This document shows, in pieces, positions 35,939 through 46,668 of a stretch of 64,000 nucleotides of DNA (position 1 is its first letter; the number at the start of each line of letters is the position of its first letter). The translations under genes and the position numbers were made by a program. The stretch lies in NCBI GenBank assembly GCA_000004985.1, contig GG738845.1, one strand, 5' to 3'. A model generated the notes under the pieces. That model did no database searches. It was not told the origin of the DNA and saw only the letters and a program-made list of their open reading frames with translations. The stretch is from Naegleria gruberi (lineage: Eukaryota).

Positions 35939-38900
35939 TTACTTTCTAATCTTTTTCAAATTTTTACATAATGATGTTAAATACTTGTCAGCATTTTGGG
36001 TAACCCTACAAGACCGTAAATTAATTATTTCAAGATTTGGACAACAGTTGGCAATAATTTTGACTTCCTTATCTGTTACAGAGTGTACATTTTCTAGATT
36101 AATATGTTTTACAAACTTTCCTACATTCTTTTTCCAAGATAGAACCTCTTGTTTGAATTTCTCTTGGGCAGCACTCACACTTTCTGCTTCTTCAGGATAG
36201 AATTTTCTGAAGAAATCATTAGTATTAGAAAAGAACATTGTTATTCTCTTTTCTCCATAGTATTGTTTCCAACAATCTTCATGTTGGGAAAAAGATGGAC
36301 AATGCATACCTGAAGCCTCAAATTCCACTTTGTATCTAATAAAGTATAAGATGTCGAATAAAATATCACAATCATTAAGGAATGACAAATCCATCTCCCA
36401 TTGAGACCATTCAAGGAGACTATATTTGTTGAGGGATGACCTAACCAATCTTACAGTAAGAGAATAAATGTCTGGTTCTAAAGCTCTACTACATAGCAGG
36501 TAAATACATGGCAAATCATTTTCAGAGGCAAACTTTTGGAGTATGTTTAAATGAACTTCTCCTTGCTCAATTTGCACTTGTAAGTCAATAAGGAAGGAAG
36601 ATGCAGATTTAGCTTTCAAGTAATTTACAAATATTTCAACAATATCCCAAGGATAATCAAATGATAGGGTATTGGACAGTGTTTTTGATGAGTAGGGTTT
36701 AAACCTCCATTGATTGGTTTCATTGATTGAGACTTCAAATGGAACTTTCTCTATTGAGAGCACAGTAATAAAGGTTGAAGATTTTTCAAACCCCTTTTCT
36801 TGTTTTGAAATATTGGCTGTATGCATAATAGTTGGTAAATGAATTATTGGGACTTGTGCAAGTGTTGGTTGCTGATTACTTATTTTCATTCTTTCCATTG
36901 TTTTCTTCATAGAGTCTAATAATCTATTGTATTCATTTCTTGATGTTGTAATCATTGAATTAATATCAGATTCTTCTAAGTGTCCACCAATCTCAACTTT
37001 CTCATCAAAGAGGTGACTAATTTTATCGAGATACTTGGTATTGTTACAACACTTCTCAAGAATTTTCTCTGACTCCACCAAAGACAATTCATACTGCTCC
37101 ATATCCAACACCAAATCAAAAGTATCCTGTGCAGAAGTTGCAGAGTTTAACATGGCTAATGCATTTTCCATTGACGAGTGAAATAAAGAAACAGAGTTTC
37201 TTATAATTCCATCATAGGCTGCTCCAGCTTCTGAAACGGCTTGCTTCAAAAATTCACTGTCTTGCTCTGAGTTTTCTGTAACTTCTTGGAACATGTTTAA
37301 ATATGTAAGTTGGTAAAATTCTCTTTCTTCTCTAAAGATTTCAATATAGGAATCAGCCTCTTCAAAGAGAGTAACTGAGTCTTTAACCTCTTCCAATGTC
37401 TCTACAACACCAATCATTTCTTCTACAACATCAAATACAACCAATTGTTCACTCCAATCAATTGCTCTCATCAAAGATAACTCAATTATTTCTCCAACAA
37501 TGTTTGAACATACGTCCTTAGATGTCGGTTTGAGTACTGCATCAATATCAATAAAATTATCAAGAGTGCATGGAAGAACGTATTCTTTTGTTACTTGATT
37601 TGTTTTCACAGTATTTGTTTGTCCAATAGTTTTCTTGGCTATGTTTGGTGTTGACGAAACTTTAATGCTTCTATTTGCCCTATTTGTCTTTTTGAATATA
37701 GTGTCACTAATTGAATCCCAAGCATTTGGATCATTGAATGTATATTTTTGGGAAAGACTGATAATAAGAGATTTGAGTTCTACATTCAAACCAGAAACAT
37801 TTTTAGCTGCATCCTTAACACTAACCGATATATTTTCAGGTGTTGCTGTTGTACAAGTACTAGTTATTGAATAGCTTCCTTTCATTGACCAATGCAATAT
37901 TCTATTAGACCATCTAAAAGGAGACCATGTCTTGTGGGCTCTGAGAACCATATTTTGTTTATCATTCGATCCTTGCCTAGCTATTTCGTCAATGGTCGAG
38001 CCATCGTATTCATTTACAAACTTGTTAACATTTGCTTTATAGAGTGAAGATACCAACTCTACAAAGCAATATGAATTCAAGTTTTCAAAAGTATTAAAGG
38101 ATCTCCACATGTACTTTCCTGCCCATGTATCGAGCACATCTTCGTTTTCAACTTGTTCACAATAAACAATAAGAAATATTCTGTTTGTAGTGTCCATTGG
38201 AATAAATTCCAAATCATAAAGAGATCCTAAACTTTCAATACCAAGAGATGATTTCAACTCAAGCATTCCTCGACAGAATTTTTGTTCGAATTTTTCGTAT
38301 TGGTCAATATTGGTCTCTAAATTGACTTGATTTTGTGGGTCTTTTTCAACTGGATAACCAATTTTCTCTCTTAATCTAATACTTTGTATCCATTCCCATT
38401 TTTGTCTGTCTATTAATCCTTTTGAAAGTTTAACATGTGGTATCATCATTCTCTTGTTTTCCTCAACTAGTAACCTAATATTATTTTTTGGTGTCCAACA
38501 CCATCTCAGGTAACACAAATATAAACCTTCATCTAGAGGCTTTGTGCTTGCTTGAAATTGTTTGGAAAAACTTATTATATTTTCAACAAATCTTGGTCCA
38601 TAATAGGTACTAGATAGTCTCTCGATTCTTTCATTAAAATGATTTATAATTCCTAGACCTTGATATAATCTGTGTTCAAAAACCGATCTTTCTTCCCATA
38701 AGTAATCCTTCACGTTAAATGAAGATCTGTCTTCAATATATTTGCAACTGATCAACATGGCTACTTTTGATTCCTTAATATCAACAATTCTATCATACAA
38801 TAAACCAAGATCACAATTAAATAAGCCTTTCAGCTTTTTGGTAGCTCTAATCATGTCATATTTTAGATTTGGAAACATATTTTCTGGTGGATCTTCTAAG

Positions 38901-40910
38901 TTGGAAATGTGTTCAGACCAATTTTTTCCTAGATCTAGGAGCCACTGATAGTCTGAACAGTCTGTGTTTAAACTTGAAACTGTTGTATATGGATATCTGA
39001 GCTTCTCAGAAGGAAGCATGTTGCAGTTATCCATCAAAATATGTGTGTCAGTATAAAAAAGCATTCCAAAAACAATATCAATGGTAGGACCGTCCAAGAA
39101 CTCTGGAGGAAATGGTACATCAGGTAGTTTTCCCCTTCCTTGCCAGTTATCCAAAATAGGCATTAAAAGTGGTGTTTGGTCAATTAATAGTTCAGTTTTT
39201 TCCAATGTTTCACCGTCTTTCATATTTCCAATCAAAAGTGATAGTTTGTCTCGTATTTTAAGTTCAAAACCCCCATCACTTCTAACAGGACAAATAACTG
39301 ATTCGTTAAACATATCCAGTATTAAAGAAATTTCCTTTTCGTCATTAGGGTTTGTATTGTCCAATCTTAAGCAAAGTGATTGTAGTAAAGCCTTACGATT
39401 TTGAGACTTTCTTATCATAGTTCTTAGATTGATCAAATCGTCTAAGGATATTCTTTTAGTATCAAAAGCGATTGATAGCAAATTCTGGACATCTTCGGGA
39501 TTAAAGGATGATGGACAAGTTGACTCAGCAAATTCAACACTTGCAAGTCTCATATTCAAAATATCTTCATCTGATTCATTTTCATGGATTTTTGAAAACG
39601 CCAAATTAAGTCCTTTCTGAAACTTTTTCAAAGATTTTTGGTTCATTATAAAGATCTCCTTATCTCCATCAATATTAAGTTCAAATTTGACATTATTTCC
39701 TGATTCTAATACCTTAATGGAAAAACTGTCAGCAAGAGAATAACTTTTTACCACTGATCTGGCTGTTCCTGAAAATGATAGCCCTGTTCTAGGGTTGTTA
39801 AGTGTCACTACAATATATGATCCACACCAATCTCTAGCAATCACTAAAACTACATTGTCCTTTTTCTTTTTCGTAGTTTGGCCTGTTAAAATACCTTCAA
39901 CTGCTACTAATACTTTTACATCACCCATACCAACACCAGTGAAAATACTACTTTCAATAGATGCCTCCAACTCTCCTCTTTTTTGTTTAACTGGCACATC
40001 TTCCTGTTGAATAATAGAATCTCGTTTTAAGAATAAGGTACCTCTCATTGATCTGTTTCTACTGGTAGGTGTGGTTGGAGATGGGGAAGTAGGTTCCATA
40101 GTAGTGACCTTTTCGAATTTAATCTTATTCTTTGTGTCTGAATTTGTTGAATCAGCAACAGACACAATATTCGAAACAGCAAAATCTGCAAATACATCAT
40201 CTTGATCAACAGTATCCTGATCGCTTGATGTACTTGTAAAAGATCCCTTGGATATTTCTCCCTTTTCGGTAATATCTTTGTTTGATGCAAAAGAGCCCTT
40301 AGATATTTCCCCCAACACTCCAACAAAAGAACCTTTCCTTGATCCAAATATTTTTGATTTTAAAGTTTTGAAATTTGTCTTTTCTTTTGGAATGGGTATG
40401 TCTGTTTTTTTGTCTAGTGATCGCCTATTTACATCCACTGTTTCGGATTGTGGTGGTGTTGTAACTTTTGGTGAGGAATCACCCTCTGTTTGATTACTAC
40501 CAACAAAAGATGTCGATTTTTGAGATGTTATTGGTGTATTAGGAGGAGTGTCTGAAGAGTTTGAGGAATTGGTTGCCTTATTATTTTCATTTGATGATGA
40601 CGGTTGTGAAGGAAGATCATTACTGTTATCATTATTAGAGTCCAAATCCTCATTTTGCATGTATTCTTCAGTTATTTTTGCCACTAAATCAAAATCCATA
40701 TCAGGTAACTCATACAAAATCTTATTATAAGTTTTGTTAATGTAATATTTTGTTTGTTTCACTTCATCAATACATTCCTTATAAACAAATCTAAGGAATT
40801 AATAGAACTATTCATAGGAAGACTTACTCAATGTCATTGATTGTTTTTCCTTTGGGGAAATAAAGTACATTTCCTGTTTGTTCATCAACATGCCTTACAA
40901 ATCCTTCCAT
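35939..40910 (-). CDS. Very large (>1600 aa) multidomain protein: low-complexity N-terminal region, PH-like domain, and C-terminal leucine-rich repeats. An upstream first exon is missed by the ORF track.
   Basis: The 1607-aa ORF 'M' at 40762 is a GTG. A real ATG at 40910..40908 opens a short exon ('MEGFVRHVDEQTGNVLYFPKGKTINDIE'). It splices through a GTAAGT intron of about 37 nt into the long ORF in frame ('FVYKECIDEVKQTKYY'). The C-terminal 'NCCPNLEIINLRSCRVTQNADKYLTSLCKNLKKI' is an LRR cap. The family was not determined. Confidence 0.5.
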
Positions 40911-41000
40911 CTACCTTATTTCAATTGTTTGTAACAAATAGAGAGGTAATTTTTTTAATGGGGAGAATGAATTAAAATTAAAATAATAAATAATTAAAAA

Positions 41001-42128
41001 ATGTCTTTCTTCTCCTCGCACTTGTTTTCTCATTGTATCAACACACTTTCATATAGTACATATTATCGGAATATTTGTTGTGTTGGCACTTTTGATTTGA
41101 ATAATTGGTATCATGGAGGAGAAATTAATGTGTGTAAAATATCAAAAGAATTCGATCGGCCAACCATAAAATTATTGGCTTGTCTTGATAACAAGATTGG
41201 TATTCATAAATTGGTCTGGTCAGAGATATTTAAAGAATTAATTACCACAGCAAACCATGACGGAAGTAAGTTACTTTACAGCAAAGTGCACGCTAAATGG
41301 TTTTACCAATTTTTTTAGGTATTTCATTGTGGAATTTGAACGAAACTAAAAAGATTAGCACAACATTGGTAGATAAAGGGTACAATATCACATGTGTTGA
41401 CTGGAATAATTTTAATGATTCTTCAACTTTAATTTTAATAGGTTCCTCCTCTTCAAGAATTAAACTGTTCGATTCCAGAAACCTAGAATATGTGGTTCAA
41501 CAATTTAGTGAACATTCAAAAATTATTAATGATATCAAGTAAGTGGATCTTATTTGAAATCAATATAATGAATTACAGATGGAATAATAATAACAAGGAT
41601 GAATTTGCCAGTGTGAGTGGAGATGGTCTAGTCAAAATTTGGGATAAAAGAGTAAAGAGCAGTGTGATCACCTTATTAGACAAGGAACAGGGTGTGATTC
41701 CAGTTACATCTTGTGATTGGAACAAGGAGAGTGATTGGATACTCGCTGTGGGAAATGAGAATGGTCAATTAGTTATTTGGGATACAAGAAATGACTTGCA
41801 ACCCCTTCAAAGGAGACAAGCTCATTCTTTTAAAATCAATAGTATATCATTTGATACTGTAGATACTAGTCGAGTCATGACTGGTTCTAATGATCATGTA
41901 TTGAGGATATGGAATTTTTCAAAAAATCAACAAGGAATCTATCTTTCACAAGAGCATAAAATTCATAGAGACATTGTCAAAACTGCTGAATGGAATATTC
42001 ATAGTCCAGATGTTGTTACATCTGCAGGATATGATCAAAACATAATTACTATTCCTCTATTTAACATGACACAGGTGAAAGAGTATGAATTGGAAGGAAC
42101 ACTTGTGGTATGTTTTCAACATATTTAA
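41001..42128 (+). CDS. WD40-repeat protein, three or more exons.
   Basis: Exons join via GTAAGT introns at about 41272-41326 and about 41539-41578. WD motifs include 'GDGLVKIWDKR', 'GNENGQLVIWDTR' and 'SNDHVLRIWNF'. The exact N-terminus is uncertain. Confidence 0.55.
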
Positions 42129-42256
42129 TTTAATTTAAAATTTTAAAAAAGACTGAGAAAACAAGAAACATAACTGCTTCTAAATTGTAAAACAAAGGTA
42201 AATTTCTTCAATTTCTTTTAAATTGACTATTAATAATATTTGATTAAAGATAAAAA

Positions 42257-43159
42257 ATGAGCGAACAACTTAAGAGAAAGGAACCAAGCAAACCAACAAC
42301 ACCAGCCAAGAGATACAAAAAACAATATATTCCTTTAGAGGGTATTGTTGACGCATCACAAGCCGACAAACAACAAATTTGGTTGGTAAAAATACCAGAC
42401 TTTATCGATCTTGATAAATACAAGGATGAGGAAACTATTGGTTCCGTTATAATAGAAAAAAATACAACAAGTAATTCGGAAGCCAAATGTTCACTTCACA
42501 TTGAACCTCCTGCAGGAGGAGAAGCACTTACAGTGAGTGACTTTGATTTAATAATGAACAAGAAGAAAACTCCTATGTATGTGTTTGGTATGACTAAACT
42601 AACAGAGGAAGAAACACAAGAGAGAGAAAGACTAAGACAAAGGAAAAAAAGTGAACCTCTTTTGGAATTGAAGTATATTGATGACACTAAAATTAATATT
42701 GCTGGACATATTGATCAATCATGTAATGCCGTTGTGAAATTTGGACAAGCCTATGGACAATTATCTAAAAATCGTGTATTACAATCCAACCAGAAAGAAA
42801 AAAAGGCAGTGCAAGTTGCTGAATCTCAATCCACCAAAAAGAGCGTTAACCTTTTGGATGCATATAGAGATGGAAAGAAGGATGATACACCTAGAGACAA
42901 TCGTGTCAGGGAAGATGGTGAAAAAATCAAAGCAAAAATTTTCTCTCTCTACAAGGAAAGACAATATTGGAAAATGGAAGAACTTGCAAATATTACAGAC
43001 CAACCTACACAACATGTCAAAACCATTTTGAGCTCTATTTGTGTCTACAACAAGTCAGGTGAATACAAAGGTTACTATCAATTAAAACCAGAATATGCAA
43101 TTGATGAATCAAAAAAAATTGGTACTCACGATTTGGGAGAAGAAGAAGAATGGGAATAG
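42257..43159 (+). CDS. GTF2F2: TFIIF beta subunit (RAP30/Tfg2-like).
   Basis: 'QQIWLVKIPDFI' vs human 'TGVWLVKVPKYL'. The C-terminal winged helix 'LYKERQYWKMEELANITDQPTQHVKTILSSICVYNKSGEYKGYYQLKPEY' vs 'FEKHQYYNLKDLVDITKQPVVYLKEILKEIGVQNVKGIHKNTWELKPEY'. Confidence 0.8.
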   Translation: MSEQLKRKEPSKPTTPAKRYKKQYIPLEGIVDASQADKQQIWLVKIPDFIDLDKYKDEETIGSVIIEKNTTSNSEAKCSLHIEPPAGGEALTVSDFDLIMNKKKTPMYVFGMTKLTEEETQERERLRQRKKSEPLLELKYIDDTKINIAGHIDQSCNAVVKFGQAYGQLSKNRVLQSNQKEKKAVQVAESQSTKKSVNLLDAYRDGKKDDTPRDNRVREDGEKIKAKIFSLYKERQYWKMEELANITDQPTQHVKTILSSICVYNKSGEYKGYYQLKPEYAIDESKKIGTHDLGEEEEWE

Positions 43160-43269
43160 AATATTTTGTAAATAAACTCTTTGTAAACATTCTCCCATTA
43201 TTTAAACGGTATCCGTCAAATTTAATTATGTGAAAAAAAGATATCCGTTATTCATAATTGTGTTAAAAA

Positions 43270-44319
43270 ATGTCATCATCATCTGTTCAACAAGGTTTGT
43301 AGCTTCTCTTAGGATCCTGTGAACACAAAATTAAACACTCATTAAAGGCTCGGAATATTGGCCTCATGTAAAAGGTTTTTTAGCAGGAGTGAGTAGTGGT
43401 GTTGCAAAGTTAGTTGTTGGTCATCCGTTCGAGTAAGTATTGATTTCCAAAATATTATTAAATAATATCTTGTTTTTAGTACTGTCAAAGGTTTGTTAAT
43501 ATTTAAAGGTGGTGTTAATGTGGACATTAAAATATAGTTAGATTACAAACAGAGGGATATCATGGTAAATTCTCTGGTCCTATTGATTGTCTTGTTCAAA
43601 CTGCCAAGAAAGAAGGAGTGAAAGGTCTTTATAAAGGTGCATTGGTTCCTTTGTTTGGCTGGTCAATTATGGATAGTGTTTTACTTGGAACTGTTACTTA
43701 TGTAAGAAAATATATAAAGGAATCAAGCAAAGATCCAAATTATCAATTAACAATACTGGACCATTCTATTGCTGGATTTGTTGGTGGTATGACTTGCAGT
43801 TTTGTGGCTAATCCTATTGAACAAATTAAATCAAGACTCCAAGTTCAATATAATTGGGATACTTCTACTCAAAGGTACAAAGGACCTGGAGATTGCATGA
43901 AACAACTTTACCGTAATCATGGTGTGGCAGGATTTTATACAGGAATGACAGGAACATTGTGGTTCCGTTCATTTTGTTCAGTTTACATTGGATCCTATGA
44001 ATATTTCAAACAATTAGGAAATGAATATAGGGTACCAACTACTCTAAATAACTTTATTGCTGGAGGAAGTGCTGCAACAGTAATGTGGATTGGATGTTTC
44101 CCTGCAGACACAGTGAAAAATAGAATCATGTCACAACCAGATGTTCCAAAAGATCAATTGAAATATAAGGGCTTGATTGATTGTGTGAAAAAGATTTATG
44201 TTAATGAAGGAGGGTTGAAAGGATTTTATCGTGGATTTGTTCCATGCCTATTGAGATCATTCCCAACAAATGGAGCCTCATTCTTAGCTTGGGAATTTAC
44301 AATGAAATGGCTTTCTTAA
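43270..44319 (+). CDS. Mitochondrial carrier family protein (SLC25). Multi-exon, including an 11-nt micro-exon.
   Basis: Carrier signatures 'GVAKLVVGHPFDTVKVRLQT', 'PIEQIKSRLQ' and 'PADTVKNRIM'. The 5' part is built from tiny exons (43270-43294, ..., micro-exon 'tactgtcaaag' at about 43490-43500) flanked by GTTTGT/GTAAGT introns. The last large exon is ORF 43618..44319. Confidence 0.65.
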
Positions 44320-44413
44320 ATTATATGCATATGTTTAATTTCTTCTTATTGTTGTAAATAAAACGAAAATGTTACCTTTTTCCTTTGTGCACTATTAAAC
44401 ACATTTAAAAAAA

Positions 44414-46639
44414 ATGCCTAAACACAAACCTGGCACCGAAGCTTCTGATGAAAAATTTTCTTGTAAAGCATCGGAAGTTGTTGATCATCAAATAGCGCTT
44501 AAAAAAAAGAAAACATCTTTCAAATTTTCATTATTATTTTTGAGTGATTTGGCTTTGTTTTTTTCCATGATGTTGCATTTCATGATCTGCCCCTATACAA
44601 AAGTAGAGGAAAGCTTTAATACTCAAGCAGTTTTTGATATTTTGAAGAAAAGTAACACTCAAGATTTTGATCACATGTTCTTCCCGGGCGTTGTACCAAG
44701 AACTTTTATTGGAGCAAGCGTTGTCGCTACACTGGTTCAAATTGTTAAACCAATCCTTTTACCTATTTTTCAGATATTTTCAATTATGTCCTCAGATGCC
44801 CCTTCGGATTTATTATTAACTAGATTTATATTGGGATGTCTTTCGTTCAGTGGATATCAGTACTTCAAGACTGGAATCAAATCAAAATTTGGATTATCAA
44901 CAGCTCTATGCTTCAATATTATTAATTTAGTTCAGTTCCATTTATTATTTTACATGTCACGCCCATTGCCAAACACTTTTGCATTAGTATTAATATATTT
45001 TGCATTTGGGTTTTGGGTAAGGGATAAGGTCAAATCCATGTTTTTCTTGCTTGGTTTTACAGCTGTAATTTTTAGAAGTGATGTATTTGTATTGACAGCA
45101 CCTCTAGCCATCCTATGTCTTATTACTTTTCAAGTTAATTTATTCTCAGGAATATTAATGGGCTTGAGTTCAATAATTTGTGGTATTACATTTTCCATTT
45201 GTGTTGACTCTTTTTTTTGGAATAGATTTATTTGGCCTGAAGGAGAAGTGTTTCTATATAATACTATTGAAAATAAGAGTATTAATTGGGGCGCTATGCC
45301 CTATCATTGGTATTTTACATCGGCGCTGCCAAGATCTCTACTGTGTGCCATACTTTTTATTCCGTTCTCTATTAATGCCCTTAAAACAAGTGTCAGTAAC
45401 ATCAAAAAGAATAAGAAAATACTTCTATTAACCATGTTTTTAGGAGCACTGACATTTGTTGTACTTTATTCATTTCTTCCTCATAAGGAATTAAGATTCA
45501 TATTCTTTTCATTACCAATTTTTAATTTGGTTGGTGCTGTTGGATTATCATCATTATTGTGCGTACATAATCCTGGTTTTATAAGAATTGGTTTTTCTAC
45601 GATTCTATTGATAGGATCATTGCTCGCTAGCTCTCTCCTTCTTCATGTTAGCTCTTTGAATTACTTTGGGGCAAGCTCACTAACAAAATTACACAACTAT
45701 TTAGACAACAGAAACTCTACAACAACTGTACTCATCCACATGGATGCTCACGCTACAATGAATGGGGTTTCTCAATATTTATATCGTGATGAATACTCGT
45801 ATTCTAAACTAGAATTATTAGATAATGTTACCTCCAACACAATTCATATGGAAATGTTTACACATTTACTCTCGGGAGACGAAAGAATATTGCATAATAA
45901 GAATTTTAGACTAATTGGAAGACAGAGTGGATTCAAAGGCGTTAACTATAGGCAACTTCTTACCCCACTTGAATTCTCACCCTCTCAATTTATTAACGTG
46001 GAAAATAAGATTTATATTTTCGAACGCGTTAATCGACCTGAATACTTAGTACCCATAGTAAAATGGGCCCAAAGAAGAGACAAAATCCATCTCACAATAG
46101 AGTTATCAAATGTTTCTGATTTAAGTGTTCATCTCATAGATAGAGATGAACTTAGTTTCAGAGGAAAATCCAAAGAGAATTGGTATGCGTTTGACCTTAA
46201 ATTATTGGATGATGTTGGCAAAATGAGCTTTGAACCAGGAATAAGATGGCTTAAAATTACTTTACTGAAGAGAAAGCCATACTTTTGGACAAAACTGTCC
46301 AAAGAGACAACACCTTTCAAAAAAGATTGGGACAACTGGGTTGAAAGTGATAAGGAGGATTATAACCCTGCTCTTGCCCTTTCTTCTTTGGACCCCAAGA
46401 TTATTCAACAATGGTATACAGAAGGTCATGGAACTACTGAAACCACCATGCTTCAAAAATTCACTCAACTTGCTCACCTTTCCTACAATAATTCCCTCAT
46501 ACTGGTTTACCAATGTATCGAAAGAATTCACCACACTTTTTCTCCTCTTCAATTTTCAGGTTTGGTCTTATTTGCAATGGGTTTGCTGTTGTTAATGTTG
46601 CATGTATTAGGATCGTCCACAAAGCAAAAACAAGAATAG
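44414..46639 (+). CDS. ALG12: ALG12 (Dol-P-Man alpha-1,6-mannosyltransferase, GT22) fused in frame to a p23-like CS domain, a 'WDNW' acidic linker and a C-terminal transmembrane segment.
   Basis: Residues about 30-545 align along human ALG12 end to end ('ICPYTKVEESFNTQA', 'FPGVVPRTFIGA', 'PHKELRFIFFSLPIFN', and C-terminal 'FINVENKIYIFERVNRPEY' vs 'FNVHLQTKLVLLERLPRPS-stop'). Without a stop the ORF continues into a canonical CS/p23 fold: 'VKWAQRRDKIHLTIEL..LSVHLIDRDELSFRGKSKENWYAFDLKLLDDVGKMSFEPGIRWLKITLLKRKPYFWTKLSKE'. Then comes 'KDWDNWVESDKEDY' (p23-like), and the protein ends in a hydrophobic anchor 'LVLFAMGLLLLMLHVL'. Confidence 0.65.
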   Translation: MPKHKPGTEASDEKFSCKASEVVDHQIALKKKKTSFKFSLLFLSDLALFFSMMLHFMICPYTKVEESFNTQAVFDILKKSNTQDFDHMFFPGVVPRTFIGASVVATLVQIVKPILLPIFQIFSIMSSDAPSDLLLTRFILGCLSFSGYQYFKTGIKSKFGLSTALCFNIINLVQFHLLFYMSRPLPNTFALVLIYFAFGFWVRDKVKSMFFLLGFTAVIFRSDVFVLTAPLAILCLITFQVNLFSGILMGLSSIICGITFSICVDSFFWNRFIWPEGEVFLYNTIENKSINWGAMPYHWYFTSALPRSLLCAILFIPFSINALKTSVSNIKKNKKILLLTMFLGALTFVVLYSFLPHKELRFIFFSLPIFNLVGAVGLSSLLCVHNPGFIRIGFSTILLIGSLLASSLLLHVSSLNYFGASSLTKLHNYLDNRNSTTTVLIHMDAHATMNGVSQYLYRDEYSYSKLELLDNVTSNTIHMEMFTHLLSGDERILHNKNFRLIGRQSGFKGVNYRQLLTPLEFSPSQFINVENKIYIFERVNRPEYLVPIVKWAQRRDKIHLTIELSNVSDLSVHLIDRDELSFRGKSKENWYAFDLKLLDDVGKMSFEPGIRWLKITLLKRKPYFWTKLSKETTPFKKDWDNWVESDKEDYNPALALSSLDPKIIQQWYTEGHGTTETTMLQKFTQLAHLSYNNSLILVYQCIERIHHTFSPLQFSGLVLFAMGLLLLMLHVLGSSTKQKQE

Positions 46640-46668
46640 ACTAGGTATGAATATAAATTAAAATCTTA

